Of a DNA stretch of 64,000 nucleotides, positions 39,401-48,341 are shown in pieces. The notes below the pieces were generated by a model. That model had not been told where the DNA came from. It searched no databases and saw only the letters and a program-made list of their open reading frames with translations. The DNA is from a virus (Duplodnaviria; Caudoviricetes), in the IMG/VR virus record IMGVR_UViG_3300010340_001122. One strand, given 5' to 3'. The translations under genes were made by a program, and so were the position numbers. Within the stretch, counting starts at the first letter, position 1, and every line of letters starts with the position of its first letter.

Positions 39401-41523
39401 TTCCGAATAAATCTTGGAATGATGGAGTTGGATATAGTATTAGAACATTTATGGAACTTATGAAAGAGAAGAGTTTCTGGGATGTTATAGGTGAAAAAAT
39501 TGGTAGTTTTTTTGGAGGTGGGTTAGATGATATTGCTACTGGTATGGTCAAGATTGATACTATTTTATCAAAAGGTAAATTTGATAAATATCCTTCATCA
39601 GATTGGACAAAAAATGTTATCAATACAATACGTTCATTTAAGAATTTGATGGCTGAAACAGGTATGTTTGATAAAATAGGATCTGGAATTTCAGACTTTA
39701 TTAGTGGTGGTGATGAGGGTAGTCTTAGCTTAGTTGGTATAGCAGATCAAATACAACGAGTATCTTATACATTATCTATTGGTAATTATGAAAGATATCC
39801 TAGTGAATCATGGACAAAATCGATACAGAGTATTTTTATTAAATTCTTATCTTTAGGAAATATGGCTTCTAAATCAACATTTGGTATATCTAATATATTG
39901 AATTTAACAAAATCTATACTATTAATTGATCTTTTATTTAGTAAAGGTAAATTCAATAGATATCCAGATTCCAAATGGATAAAAAATTCATCAAATGCTA
40001 TATTAGAATATGGTAAGTTGATTATTCTATCCGATAAAATATTCCCATTGTCAAATTTAATGATGGGTTTAATTAAGGATAGATTAATAGTAGAGAATAT
40101 TCTTTGGCTTGATAAGAAGTTATCACTTGGTAAATATCAAAAATATCCAAATAATAAATGGTTAACTGAGACTAATAATTCTATTTTATATTATGGTAGA
40201 TTATTTATAAAATCTAATAAAGAATTTTCATTACCGAGCCTTTTGCTTGGTATAATGAAGGTTAATTTAATTGTTGATTCTATTATTTCTATTGATAAAA
40301 AAATAGAGACTGGTAAATATCAAAGATATCCAGATAAATCTTGGATTGATAAAACATTCAGTTCTATTTTAGAGTATGGTAAACTATCAATTAATGTTGA
40401 TAAAAAGTTTGGATTAATTTCTCTAATTTTAGGATTATCTAAGATTAGAAAAATTGCTGATACTATACAACAGGTTTCGTTATCATTATCAAGAGGAAAT
40501 TATACAAAATTTCCAAATAATCAGTGGTCTCTTGGAGTTCCGGGAGCGATTAAAGGATTTATGAGTTTTAATTTTGGAATATTATCTGGTATGTTATTAC
40601 CCGATAAAGTCGAGAAAAATGAATTAGGTAAAATTGTTGATTTAATGTTATTTGTTGATAAAAAATTTCAATCTGGAAATTGGCAAAAATTCCCATCAGT
40701 TCAATGGGTGAATGGAACGATACTTTCCTTACAGAAATTTAGAAGCATTATATCATTACTATCTTTTAGTTCTTTGGGAGATGGTGTTTTATCATCATTT
40801 GGTTCTAATAATCCAATAGTGACGGCTGTTTCGAATATTGAAAAACTTGCCGTCTCTTTTGAAAAATTATCAAAATCTATAAAAAGTTTTACAGATTCTA
40901 TTAAAAATATAGATGGTGATAAATTATCAGCTATACGTAGTTTATCTACTAATGTTATAATGATGTCTCTTATGGATCCGACACAGTTTGATGCTATGAT
41001 GGATAAATTGGAAAAAAGATCTGGTGTTTTTGCTGATTTAGTCAAAGATTTCGAATCAAAGAAAACAGAAGTTAATAAAACTAGTGGTAGTATTGGTGTT
41101 TCTTATAAAACATCTAAAAATACGGATAGTACCTCTAAAACAGAATCTCAAATACTATCTGAGAAACTAGATTTAATGAATTCTTTCCTAGCTGATATAA
41201 CATCAGTTGTTGGGTCAAGAGGAACACTTAAAAATTATCTTAATCGAATTAAAGATGATGTTTCCATAGGTGGACAAAATACACTTAGTCATAGATCTGA
41301 TAAAAGAGTAAAGAATATAATTAAAAAATATGGAGTGTCTGATAGTGGTATAAATATTTATTTATTTACATATCATTTTGATCCATGTACAATTTATCAG
41401 GGTATTATAGCTCAAGAACTTATTGGTACTAAATATGAAAAAGCTCTACATGTTGATAGTTCTGGACTATATTCTGTTGATTATTCTATAATAGATGTTG
41501 AATTTAAAAAAACAAACTTATAA
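36481..41523 (+). CDS. Tape-measure-like protein with C-terminal peptidase S74-like chaperone domain
   Basis: 1680 aa; hydrophobic helical repeats (PIGLFQAI), G.Y.KYP...W repeats, C-terminal SDKRVK...IY.F.Y...QGIIAQEL...YSVDY. Confidence 0.65.
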   Translation: MMDKDLIVGLSNLSKSLDKIADALSKKKDPKTATAAALQMGRFDKQLRQISSSITNVKRDTQKILDQQDTILKILKRKEKDVKSKDIQETIVKVSKDKNNEKNIDSKDKVKEKDSNISNKPKEVKEIPKETTIVKVSKDKKVEKDSISDKPKEVKEIPKETTIVKVSKDKKVEKDSNISDKPKEVNEIPKETTIVKVSKDKKIDSNKVNEVPKETTVVKVSKDVSNSEKNTKKNPGIFGDIDTKKIKDGISTVLIIASALAAIGLSLKIIGKVDFTSVLALTLALPLMAFAFERISRINLDRKKVPDMILALVGFSTAITLSSYVLSLIKPVGLFQSITAIMISGAFAIIAPNFGKLLNGFKDVNFLTLAKSVIFLPIIMVSLSMAIMYSSKFLSNVKPIGLFQAVSAIMISGVFAVISYGIGKLLSGFKGLNPITAIVASTLLPIVLVSISFAIMASSALLSRVKPIGLFQAITSIMIAGVFSVISYGIGKILGGFKGISPLTAIAASALIPIVFIALSFAIMTSSNFLSKVTPIGLFQAISSILIAATFVVLSYAVAKILPSFRKVNMADAVKASIIMPLLFTSMSISIMLSSYVLSKVRPIGVFQFLSAIGISLVFVAFAYTMKLIVNAIKNISIKDTISAFAKLTIMVVAIALTGSIISKMPDINLSKTLKAVAFTGGLFVIALLFNGIIKAVGNISVSNIVKGGVVIVAIAAVIMVSSLLLSVGKYKNYPGLAWALGVGLSLAAFGLGAVLLGTQVLNPFFYDGLGVILLVAATVVATSYILGSGSYDKYPSFSWVGSTILILGSFGLVAVGLGVVSPLLLLGLPAMLGVAGTIYLIDKIFSSGGYKKYPTNDWVNPSISLIGRFAGMAILYSFALPLIILGGLSILAVTGTILLVDKIFGKGTFKSYPSTKWMSGVSNTLEIFSKLLKDIRRDLGFGDLILGAIKVLGVVYTIKQMDDVLSKGDFKKFPNKSWNDGVGYSIRTFMELMKEKSFWDVIGEKIGSFFGGGLDDIATGMVKIDTILSKGKFDKYPSSDWTKNVINTIRSFKNLMAETGMFDKIGSGISDFISGGDEGSLSLVGIADQIQRVSYTLSIGNYERYPSESWTKSIQSIFIKFLSLGNMASKSTFGISNILNLTKSILLIDLLFSKGKFNRYPDSKWIKNSSNAILEYGKLIILSDKIFPLSNLMMGLIKDRLIVENILWLDKKLSLGKYQKYPNNKWLTETNNSILYYGRLFIKSNKEFSLPSLLLGIMKVNLIVDSIISIDKKIETGKYQRYPDKSWIDKTFSSILEYGKLSINVDKKFGLISLILGLSKIRKIADTIQQVSLSLSRGNYTKFPNNQWSLGVPGAIKGFMSFNFGILSGMLLPDKVEKNELGKIVDLMLFVDKKFQSGNWQKFPSVQWVNGTILSLQKFRSIISLLSFSSLGDGVLSSFGSNNPIVTAVSNIEKLAVSFEKLSKSIKSFTDSIKNIDGDKLSAIRSLSTNVIMMSLMDPTQFDAMMDKLEKRSGVFADLVKDFESKKTEVNKTSGSIGVSYKTSKNTDSTSKTESQILSEKLDLMNSFLADITSVVGSRGTLKNYLNRIKDDVSIGGQNTLSHRSDKRVKNIIKKYGVSDSGINIYLFTYHFDPCTIYQGIIAQELIGTKYEKALHVDSSGLYSVDYSIIDVEFKKTNL
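36745..37149 (+). repeat. Intragenic tandem repeat (ETTIVKVSKD..., five copies)
   Basis: Unit starts at 36745, 36868, 36958, 37051, 37120; near-identical at DNA level. Confidence 0.9.
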
Positions 41524-41541
41524 TTTTACTATATAACCATT

Positions 41542-41973
41542 ATGGGATTTTTTAAAAAAATTAAACTATTTTCTTCATATAAGAAAATTATATGGTATAA
41601 TCGAGTTTCTCTTGAATCACAATTCAATATAAGAATTGATAGAGCATCTCGTATTTATACTGTGTTGAATATACCGGATGAATTATTTGGCGAACCATAT
41701 AATATTCGTAAAAGCGATATTGATTCAATATCTGAAGTTTATATAAAAGAGTATATTCAGAAATTATCAGAATATTTAAATTCAATAGGATTAAATGAAT
41801 TATATGATTTCTATGAGCCTATTAAAAAGGTTGATAAGTATTCATACTTAATAGTTTTAGGATTTAAGCCTTTAAACTCAGTTAAATATAATAAATTAAT
41901 TTGGATGAGGTTAATTCCAATTATTTCCATACTTTCTTTATTATCATTAATAATTTATATTTTATTTCTTTAA
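41542..41973 (+). CDS. Protein with C-terminal transmembrane helix
   Basis: Ends LIPIISILSLLSLIIYILFL. Confidence 0.7.
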   Translation: MGFFKKIKLFSSYKKIIWYNRVSLESQFNIRIDRASRIYTVLNIPDELFGEPYNIRKSDIDSISEVYIKEYIQKLSEYLNSIGLNELYDFYEPIKKVDKYSYLIVLGFKPLNSVKYNKLIWMRLIPIISILSLLSLIIYILFL

Positions 41974-42016
41974 ACAAAGAACTCAAATCTTTTTATAAAT
42001 AAAAACTATAAATAGT

Positions 42017-42445
42017 ATGAGTAAATTTTATGAATTGTCGCAAGACTCGGTTGACACTTTTTTCAAAGTTTTTAATAAAAAAACTTTCCCTTTAGCTATT
42101 AAATTCCAATTTGTTGGATGTGAAAAGCAAAAAAATCTAATAAAGATTTCTAAATTACCAGATCAGTATTCCTTCTTATTGGATAAGGAGTTATTAGTAC
42201 AAATTAATGATGATCTAATGTCTGTTTTTGAAGAAGAATCAATAACAATTCTAATTGAGCAGGAAATAGATAAGGTTGTTATAGATAGTCAATCAGGTAA
42301 AATCAAAATGATTAAACCAGATTTATCTACTTTTTCATCACTTATCACTAAATATGGTGTTGATAAAGTAGCAAAAGCTAATCAAATTGAAGAATTGTAT
42401 CATCAACAAACTAATGATAGTGACAAAGAGGAGTTTATAGTATAA
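42017..42445 (+). CDS. Hypothetical protein, possible degenerate phage metallopeptidase fold
   Basis: ILIEQEIDKV...IKPDLSTF...KYG pattern but no HExxH. Confidence 0.45.
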   Translation: MSKFYELSQDSVDTFFKVFNKKTFPLAIKFQFVGCEKQKNLIKISKLPDQYSFLLDKELLVQINDDLMSVFEEESITILIEQEIDKVVIDSQSGKIKMIKPDLSTFSSLITKYGVDKVAKANQIEELYHQQTNDSDKEEFIV

Positions 42446-42485
42446 TTTGACATGTATTTAATACAAAATAAAATAAATAAATAAA

Positions 42486-43142
42486 ATGACACAGAAATTA
42501 GAAATTAATACAATTAAACCAGAAGTATCATTTTCTCATATTGATGAGAACTATAGAATTATAGATATTGCTGATGAAATTAAACTAGATAATAGTATTG
42601 ATAGTATCCGGAATTATATGTCTACTACAAATGGGTTTGGTAAAACAGAGGAACAAAAAGATTCAGATTATGCATATGCTCAATCTATTTGGAAGACTTT
42701 TCAAACTGACCTAAGAGAAATTAAACTAAATTTTTATCTTGATAGAAATCAATATAATTTATTAACAGATATTTTGCTAAAAAAATTAGAGTATGATGTA
42801 AATACTGTTTTTATTGCTATTGAACTAACTGAATTGTTGGGTGGTATGAACGGAACTAAGTTTACGGATGATAAAGAAATCAAATCTTTTAAGGCAAATG
42901 CTACTGAGATAACATATATTTATCATTTAATACAAAATTTTAAAGTTAAGGGATTAACCAAAGAGGCATATACATTCTCAAAAATATTGAGAAGAATTGG
43001 TGATATTTCTAAAATAATTAGCTATTATGACGCTAATGCTAAAAATTTAACTGATGAGATTTCAAAATGGGCTTTATCACTTGATGCAGTTATTGCTCCT
43101 CCAATTATGGATTTACCTAAAGTAGAAAAAACCGAAGTTTAA
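42486..43142 (+). CDS. Hypothetical protein
   Basis: 218-aa helical ORF followed by terminator. Confidence 0.7.
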   Translation: MTQKLEINTIKPEVSFSHIDENYRIIDIADEIKLDNSIDSIRNYMSTTNGFGKTEEQKDSDYAYAQSIWKTFQTDLREIKLNFYLDRNQYNLLTDILLKKLEYDVNTVFIAIELTELLGGMNGTKFTDDKEIKSFKANATEITYIYHLIQNFKVKGLTKEAYTFSKILRRIGDISKIISYYDANAKNLTDEISKWALSLDAVIAPPIMDLPKVEKTEV

Positions 43143-43145
43143 ATA

Positions 43146-43172
43146 AAACCCACTCAAATGAGTGGGTTTTTT
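43146..43172. terminator. Bidirectional intrinsic terminator
   Basis: aaaacccactc-aaat-gagtgggtttttt. Confidence 0.85.
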
Positions 43173-43992
43173 ATTTATTTAAATATTGATATACATATTT
43201 TCTAAACCTATTTTGAACCTCAGGATCCATTTTACTATAAACATCTTGAATCCAGGAAGATTTACTACCAGTTTTTAATAAATATAATATTCTATCATTA
43301 CTCAATCCTCTTTTACGACATTGAGTAATAAAAGAATCAGCATAAGCCATAATTTCATCAGTAGAACTAAAATATTTTTTCATCTTCATTGGTGAATTTT
43401 CTAAATTACGAATTTGAATATTAGGTCTTTTTTCAGCTTGTTTTTTATGTATAGATTCGTGTCTTAATATTTCTTCTAATAAGTCTAATAAACCATTTTT
43501 AATAGGGCCCAAATCGGAATTTAATGTTTCTATAAATTTATCTTCAACCACACAAACATACATTTTATTAGTATGAACATTATGAGCTGCAAATCTTAAT
43601 CCTGGCATAATATGTGGCATATTTACTGGTACCAATTCAATTTCTTTATCTGTTTGTAGTTTAGATTTGAAGTAGTCAATATCTATAAATTCAACATCTA
43701 AACCATTAAACATATCTTTTAACTCATTCATTGTAATACTGTTCATACTTTTAATATTATTTATTATTTCAGTAAAATCATATGGTTCTATTACTGCCTC
43801 GTTAAATGATTTAAAGTTTAAAATATAATTAAAAGATTCTTTTACTTTATTAGGTAATTCTTTTACTGGTACATTTTTAGTCCATTCTTTATTAAATGCC
43901 CATTTCATATTTTTCGGAGCATTCTTTTTAGATTTATATTTATTTCTCATTGCCCAAATAAATTTGAATTGTTGTTTAGATTTTGCTGGCAT
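43171..43992 (-). CDS. Putative zinc metalloprotease (HExxH)
   Basis: ILRHESIH...YF...DEIMAYA; basic N-terminal peptide MPAKSKQQ then internal ILNFKSFNE. Confidence 0.6.
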   Translation of the reverse strand: MPAKSKQQFKFIWAMRNKYKSKKNAPKNMKWAFNKEWTKNVPVKELPNKVKESFNYILNFKSFNEAVIEPYDFTEIINNIKSMNSITMNELKDMFNGLDVEFIDIDYFKSKLQTDKEIELVPVNMPHIMPGLRFAAHNVHTNKMYVCVVEDKFIETLNSDLGPIKNGLLDLLEEILRHESIHKKQAEKRPNIQIRNLENSPMKMKKYFSSTDEIMAYADSFITQCRKRGLSNDRILYLLKTGSKSSWIQDVYSKMDPEVQNRFRKYVYQYLNK

Positions 43993-44023
43993 TTTAGGAA
44001 TTCTTTTTTAATATATATTAAAT

Positions 44024-45124
44024 ATGAAGTATATTTTTAATTTCATTTCATTCAATGAAGAGATAAATCCGAAAGACATATTTTTTATTCAATCTAATTT
44101 TGATAAGTATTTTACAATAGCATACGAATTTGAAATAGAGACTGATGATTCTGAAAACTATCAACATGATTTTGATGAGATTGATGATGATGTATTAGAT
44201 GATACATTTAAAGATGTTAAAAAGGAATTGAACTTAACAAGAAGATCTGATACCAATTTTTTAAAAAATTTATTAGATTCAATTTTAGAGTTAGTTGATA
44301 TTGGAGAACTAGATGAGAAATCATTTAATTCGATATTTGATCTGTTAAATCCAATTGATGATATTCAAATTAAAATATCAGAACACACTAAGTCAATTTT
44401 ACTTAGTCAAATAACATCTAATGATTTCAACTATCTAAGTGAAATGGTTAGCCAACATCTAAAACCTTTTTTAGATAAATGGTCCGATGATATCGATCTT
44501 ATTGTTGATGTTACTTTGGATAGAGGTATAGAAATAAAACCAAAAACATATGTAGTAGGAATTTCAAAAGGAATGGAAATGATAGAAGATTTCTATTCAG
44601 CACTTGATTCACAATCATATTGGAAGTTTGCCCCTACTACCGGGTTACATATAAATATTGGAACAACTGAAAATGTAGAATGGAATCCACTCAAAGGATT
44701 ACTCATAATGGATGATTTTAGTTTTAATAAAGAAAGAGTTCCTTTAGTTTTTAAAGATATGACTTGGAGACAGAATAATAAATTTTGTGGATCTCTTTTA
44801 GAATCTATTTATAAAATGGACTTTAAAAAAAGATCTATTTTGAAAAATAAGTTCAATATAGATGATATTAAAAAAACTGAAATTGATATCAATTCTTTTC
44901 TAACAAACAAGGTTAAAGTTGATGGTTTGAAGAATTTTGGATTTAATATAACTAGAATTGAGCAAAATTATGTTGAGTTTAGATATGCTGGTGGTGATAT
45001 TTCTAAAGAAACCTTGAGTGATAAGCTAAAATATTTTAGCTTTCTTGTGTATTGTATGACTAATGTTGAATATAAACGTAAAGAATACTTGAAGAAGTTA
45101 TATAAATTTATAGATTCTTTATAG
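44024..45124 (+). CDS. Putative amidoligase (glutamine-synthetase-fold COOH-NH2 ligase)
   Basis: YEFEIE, D.TL..GIEI, TGLHINIG, VEFRYAGG. Confidence 0.75.
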   Translation: MKYIFNFISFNEEINPKDIFFIQSNFDKYFTIAYEFEIETDDSENYQHDFDEIDDDVLDDTFKDVKKELNLTRRSDTNFLKNLLDSILELVDIGELDEKSFNSIFDLLNPIDDIQIKISEHTKSILLSQITSNDFNYLSEMVSQHLKPFLDKWSDDIDLIVDVTLDRGIEIKPKTYVVGISKGMEMIEDFYSALDSQSYWKFAPTTGLHINIGTTENVEWNPLKGLLIMDDFSFNKERVPLVFKDMTWRQNNKFCGSLLESIYKMDFKKRSILKNKFNIDDIKKTEIDINSFLTNKVKVDGLKNFGFNITRIEQNYVEFRYAGGDISKETLSDKLKYFSFLVYCMTNVEYKRKEYLKKLYKFIDSL

Positions 45125-45496
45125 CTTGGTCCAATTTAAATTTGGATAATTTTGAATTATTTTATCCCAAAATCCTCCACTAACATCTTGGTCTATAACT
45201 ATTTTAAAATTATTAGGTAGTGTTTCAAATATTTTAATTAACTCATCAATTAACCTTCTATCAGAAGTTTTATTTACTATTGATTTGATAGTTACACTAT
45301 TTTCATTGACTTCTAATAGTAATGCTTTTATTAGATTTTTCGAATCTATTCTAACTATTGGATTTCCAGATTTGTTAATTAGTGTTGATGCGTATATTTT
45401 ATTTGCTACTATTTTAACATATGGGAATATTTTTAATATCTGATTTTTCAATGATGATATTGTATCATATGAATTGTATTCTAGTATATTTTTCAT
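45119..45496 (-). CDS. Hypothetical protein, possibly GNAT-like
   Basis: Likely start MKNILEYNSY; DVSGGFWDK resembles a GNAT C-terminal motif. Confidence 0.5.
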   Translation of the reverse strand: MKNILEYNSYDTISSLKNQILKIFPYVKIVANKIYASTLINKSGNPIVRIDSKNLIKALLLEVNENSVTIKSIVNKTSDRRLIDELIKIFETLPNNFKIVIDQDVSGGFWDKIIQNYPNLNWTKL

Positions 45497-46107
45497 TTTA
45501 TTGGACAATGGTTTGCTGACCAAATATATCTATGGTCTCTTTTAATATTTAAACCTATTTTTTCGGCTAATGTAAAAACATCATCTAAACATTCAGAATC
45601 AGAACCACCTACTATTGTAATTGTTTTGCCTTTTAGTTTATTAAGTATTTCATAAAGTTTTTTTGGACAATGAAACCAGACATGATTATTTCCAATATAT
45701 GTTATAACAGTTCCTTCTTTTGTTGGAAAAGTATCTCCTTTTTTAAGTTGTTTTTTATTTTCTAGATCTTTTACTTTATTATAAGTTTCTTTTGATAGAA
45801 TTTTCTTATAGAAGTCAGCATTTACATTATAATTATATCTCTTTTCTATTATATCTTTTTGATTAGGAAACTGATAAAAGTTATCATGTATTGGTATCTC
45901 TGGATCTTCATCATATAAGAAATCTTTATCCACATTTCCTAAAAAGTGATTATCCCATATTTGATATACAACATTAAAGTTATTACAATATTTTGTTAAC
46001 TTATTTATATACATCTCAGTAAAGAATTTTTTAAACGATTTCTGAACATCAACTACTATTAATATGTCTGAATGTTCATAATTCTCAAATGTCTTGATGA
46101 ATCTCAT
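45493..46107 (-). CDS. Isochorismatase/cysteine hydrolase-like protein
   Basis: LIVVDVQ catalytic Asp; IVGGSDSECL nucleophile Cys region; starts MRFIKTFENY. Confidence 0.65.
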   Translation of the reverse strand: MRFIKTFENYEHSDILIVVDVQKSFKKFFTEMYINKLTKYCNNFNVVYQIWDNHFLGNVDKDFLYDEDPEIPIHDNFYQFPNQKDIIEKRYNYNVNADFYKKILSKETYNKVKDLENKKQLKKGDTFPTKEGTVITYIGNNHVWFHCPKKLYEILNKLKGKTITIVGGSDSECLDDVFTLAEKIGLNIKRDHRYIWSANHCPIK

Positions 46108-46122
46108 ATACTATATATAAAT

Positions 46123-46159
46123 AAAAAAAACGAGATAGATTAACTATCTCGTTTTTTTT
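46123..46159 (-). terminator. Intrinsic terminator
   Basis: aaaaaaaacgagatag-attaa-ctatctcgtttttttt. Confidence 0.85.
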
Positions 46160-46171
46160 ATATTTTTTTTA

Positions 46172-46759
46172 TTACAGTGGTAACTCTTCAGTTCCTTCTT
46201 CTTCATCATTTTCCTCATCTTCACCAACTTCTTCAAAATCATCTTGAGCTTGTACTTGAGGTTGAGCTTGTGTTTGAACTTGTACTTGAGGTTGAGCTTG
46301 TACAGATTGATCTCCTTGTTCAGTTTGAGCTTGTGGTGCCATTTGTCCTTGAGCTTGTGGTGCCATTTGTCCTTGAGCTTGTGGTGCCATTTGTCCTTGA
46401 GCTTGTGGTGCCATTTGTCCTTGAGCTTGTGGAGTCGTTTGTCCTTGAGCTGCTTGTCCTTCACCTTGAGCTTGTGCGTCACCCATAAGAGCACCAGCTG
46501 GGATTTGATCTACATTTAAGAAATTAGTATTGATGTATTTAACAATTTCTTCTGCGATATCTACATCTCCAAAAAATTGGCGTAAATTCTTACCTGTGGT
46601 ATCTTTTACTTTTTTAACATAGGCGTTAACTAGAGATTGTGGAATATCTAAAAAAGCTCTTACTTTATAAAGATCATTAACCTGAAGAACAGCTTCTTTA
46701 ATAATCTCTTCTCTTTTTCTGTTAAATGTGTATTTTTCAAATTTTCTAAGATGTTTCAT
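46172..46759 (-). CDS. Capsid-targeting-like protein with Q/A/G/P repeat and acidic tail
   Basis: MKHLRKFEKY start; (PQAQGQMA)n; TAATATATA at 46786-46794. Confidence 0.75.
   Translation of the reverse strand: MKHLRKFEKYTFNRKREEIIKEAVLQVNDLYKVRAFLDIPQSLVNAYVKKVKDTTGKNLRQFFGDVDIAEEIVKYINTNFLNVDQIPAGALMGDAQAQGEGQAAQGQTTPQAQGQMAPQAQGQMAPQAQGQMAPQAQGQMAPQAQTEQGDQSVQAQPQVQVQTQAQPQVQAQDDFEEVGEDEENDEEEGTEELPL
46325..46450. repeat. 24-bp tandem repeat, about 5 copies
   Basis: ttgagcttgtggtgccatttgtcc x4 plus one variant. Confidence 0.9.
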
Positions 46760-46804
46760 CTTCTTTTTCTTAATTTTTTATAATGTATATATTAATGTTT
46801 AAAA

Positions 46805-47305
46805 TCAACTTTTTATAATTAATATAGTTGTTATAGTCGCTAATATAATATTTCCACTAATACTAATAAATTTTCTAAATTTCTGTCTGGAAATTTCTTT
46901 TTTAAGAGTTTTGATTTCCTCATCTTTTATAGATGATTGTTTATCAGATAATTTTTTATCGGATTCATAATTTTTTATCTGATTATTAAGATTAATTATT
47001 AACTTATCTTTTTCACCACTTTGATTAATTAATTCTTTATTCTTTATTTCTAATAAAGATATTTTTTGATCTAAAGCATTTACTACTTCTAGATAATAAA
47101 CATCTAAATTATCACAATCAATTCTCAATTGTTTAAATAGTTTTAATAGTTCAGCGTCATTATCTAATGATTGTGCTTGTTCAATTGATATTACAATTCC
47201 TAAGGTATCACCATTTTCTATTAGATATCTTGGCAGTTCTAAAGATTGAGAATTTGCAAATATACTAATCATAATTAAAATTGAAGAAAGTATTAACTTT
47301 TTCAT
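46805..47305 (-). CDS. Secreted/membrane coiled-coil protein, possible spanin partner
   Basis: Signal peptide, coiled coil, C-terminal hydrophobic segment. Confidence 0.5.
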   Translation of the reverse strand: MKKLILSSILIMISIFANSQSLELPRYLIENGDTLGIVISIEQAQSLDNDAELLKLFKQLRIDCDNLDVYYLEVVNALDQKISLLEIKNKELINQSGEKDKLIINLNNQIKNYESDKKLSDKQSSIKDEEIKTLKKEISRQKFRKFISISGNIILATITTILIIKS

Positions 47306-47306
47306 A

Positions 47307-47735
47307 TTATTTTGTTTTTTCTTTTATAGATTCTATAAGGTCTATTCCAGTTTTTTTTATTGGATTTTTCTCTATATTGTCTATTTTCTTTTTAGTTTTT
47401 TCAACTTCTTTTTTCTGTTTGTCAACATTTAACGTTAGATTTTTTATCTCAACATCTTTTTTATATATTAGATCTGATATTGAATCTATTTTATATTGAT
47501 ATTTTGATATGTTATTTATATAAGATATCGATTCTTTTTTAAGTTTTTCGTTTTGTTTAGATAATAAATCTCTTTCTTTTTGAATTTCTCTACTTTCTTT
47601 TTCAAGTTTCTTTATATCTTTTTTATATCCAGATGAACTCATTGAGAAGTTTATGAAGAAGAATAGTGCAATAACTGATACAACTATCAGTGCCCAGTCC
47701 TTTAATTTTAAATTTGTTAAAAATGAGTTTTTCAT
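47307..47735 (-). CDS. Membrane-anchored coiled-coil protein, i-spanin-like
   Basis: N-terminal TM (WALIVVSVIALFFFINF) then long coiled coil. Confidence 0.5.
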   Translation of the reverse strand: MKNSFLTNLKLKDWALIVVSVIALFFFINFSMSSSGYKKDIKKLEKESREIQKERDLLSKQNEKLKKESISYINNISKYQYKIDSISDLIYKKDVEIKNLTLNVDKQKKEVEKTKKKIDNIEKNPIKKTGIDLIESIKEKTK

Positions 47736-47800
47736 ATTGAAAATTGAATTTTTTATGTATATTTGTTACTAATATATATTCAATAAAAATATCTTCATTT

Positions 47801-48337
47801 GTGAAAAAATTAGTATCTTTTGATTTTGATGGAACTTTATTCTTTACTCCCGATAAAGAGAACGGACAAGTTATATTTAAGAATGTAACTGGTATAGATT
47901 GGCCTTATGGTGGCTGGTGGGGCAGAAAAGAATCATTAGATTTGAGAATATTCCCTATTCCAATAAATCAATATGTTTATAATAGTTACCTTAAACATAG
48001 GGAAGATCCTGATACCTATGTTTTCTTGGCAACCGGTAGATTAGCTAGTAAGAAAGTTGATCTAACTAAAAATGTTATGCGGGTACTAGATCAATATGAC
48101 TTAACAATTGATAATGAAAAAGGATTTCATGAAATCCACTTGAACCCTGGTATGGATACTTTTGCTTTTAAAGCACGTCTATTCGAAAATTTAATTAAAC
48201 AACATAATCCTGATGAATTTATCATGTATGATGATAGACATGGACATTTAATAAATTTTGAAACATGGGCGCAAACTCAGAAGTGTAAAGTGACTATAAT
48301 TGATGTTGTAAACAAAAAACAAAAAACATATAATTAA
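47801..48337 (+). CDS. HAD phosphatase (RNA-repair 'Swiss army knife'-like)
   Basis: GTG start MKKLVSFDFDGTLFFTP, GGWW, LATGR, MYDDR; TATATTTG at 47758-47765. Confidence 0.75.
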   Translation: MKKLVSFDFDGTLFFTPDKENGQVIFKNVTGIDWPYGGWWGRKESLDLRIFPIPINQYVYNSYLKHREDPDTYVFLATGRLASKKVDLTKNVMRVLDQYDLTIDNEKGFHEIHLNPGMDTFAFKARLFENLIKQHNPDEFIMYDDRHGHLINFETWAQTQKCKVTIIDVVNKKQKTYN

Positions 48338-48341
48338 AAAT

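Noticed and set aside
36678-41045. Antisense ORFs inside the 1680-aa gene, and similar shadows such as 2527, 19488, 33197, 49959, 55210-56427 and 61244
   Set aside because: They lie wholly opposite well-supported genes, carry no motifs, and are explained by codon bias.
11262-43172. Identical hairpins at 11262 and 43146 as ends of a mobile element
   Set aside because: Both are typical bidirectional terminators between convergent genes, 32 kb apart, with core genes in between.
36745-46450. Tandem repeats at 36745-37149 and 46325-46450 as CRISPR arrays
   Set aside because: They are in-frame coding repeats without unique spacers, and no cas genes are present.
46144-46519. Alternative-frame ORFs over the 24-bp repeat (HKLKDKWH, LELVVPFV, LSLSLWCH)
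   Set aside because: By-products of a stop-free tandem repeat; only 46172..46759 has a promoter and a credible start.
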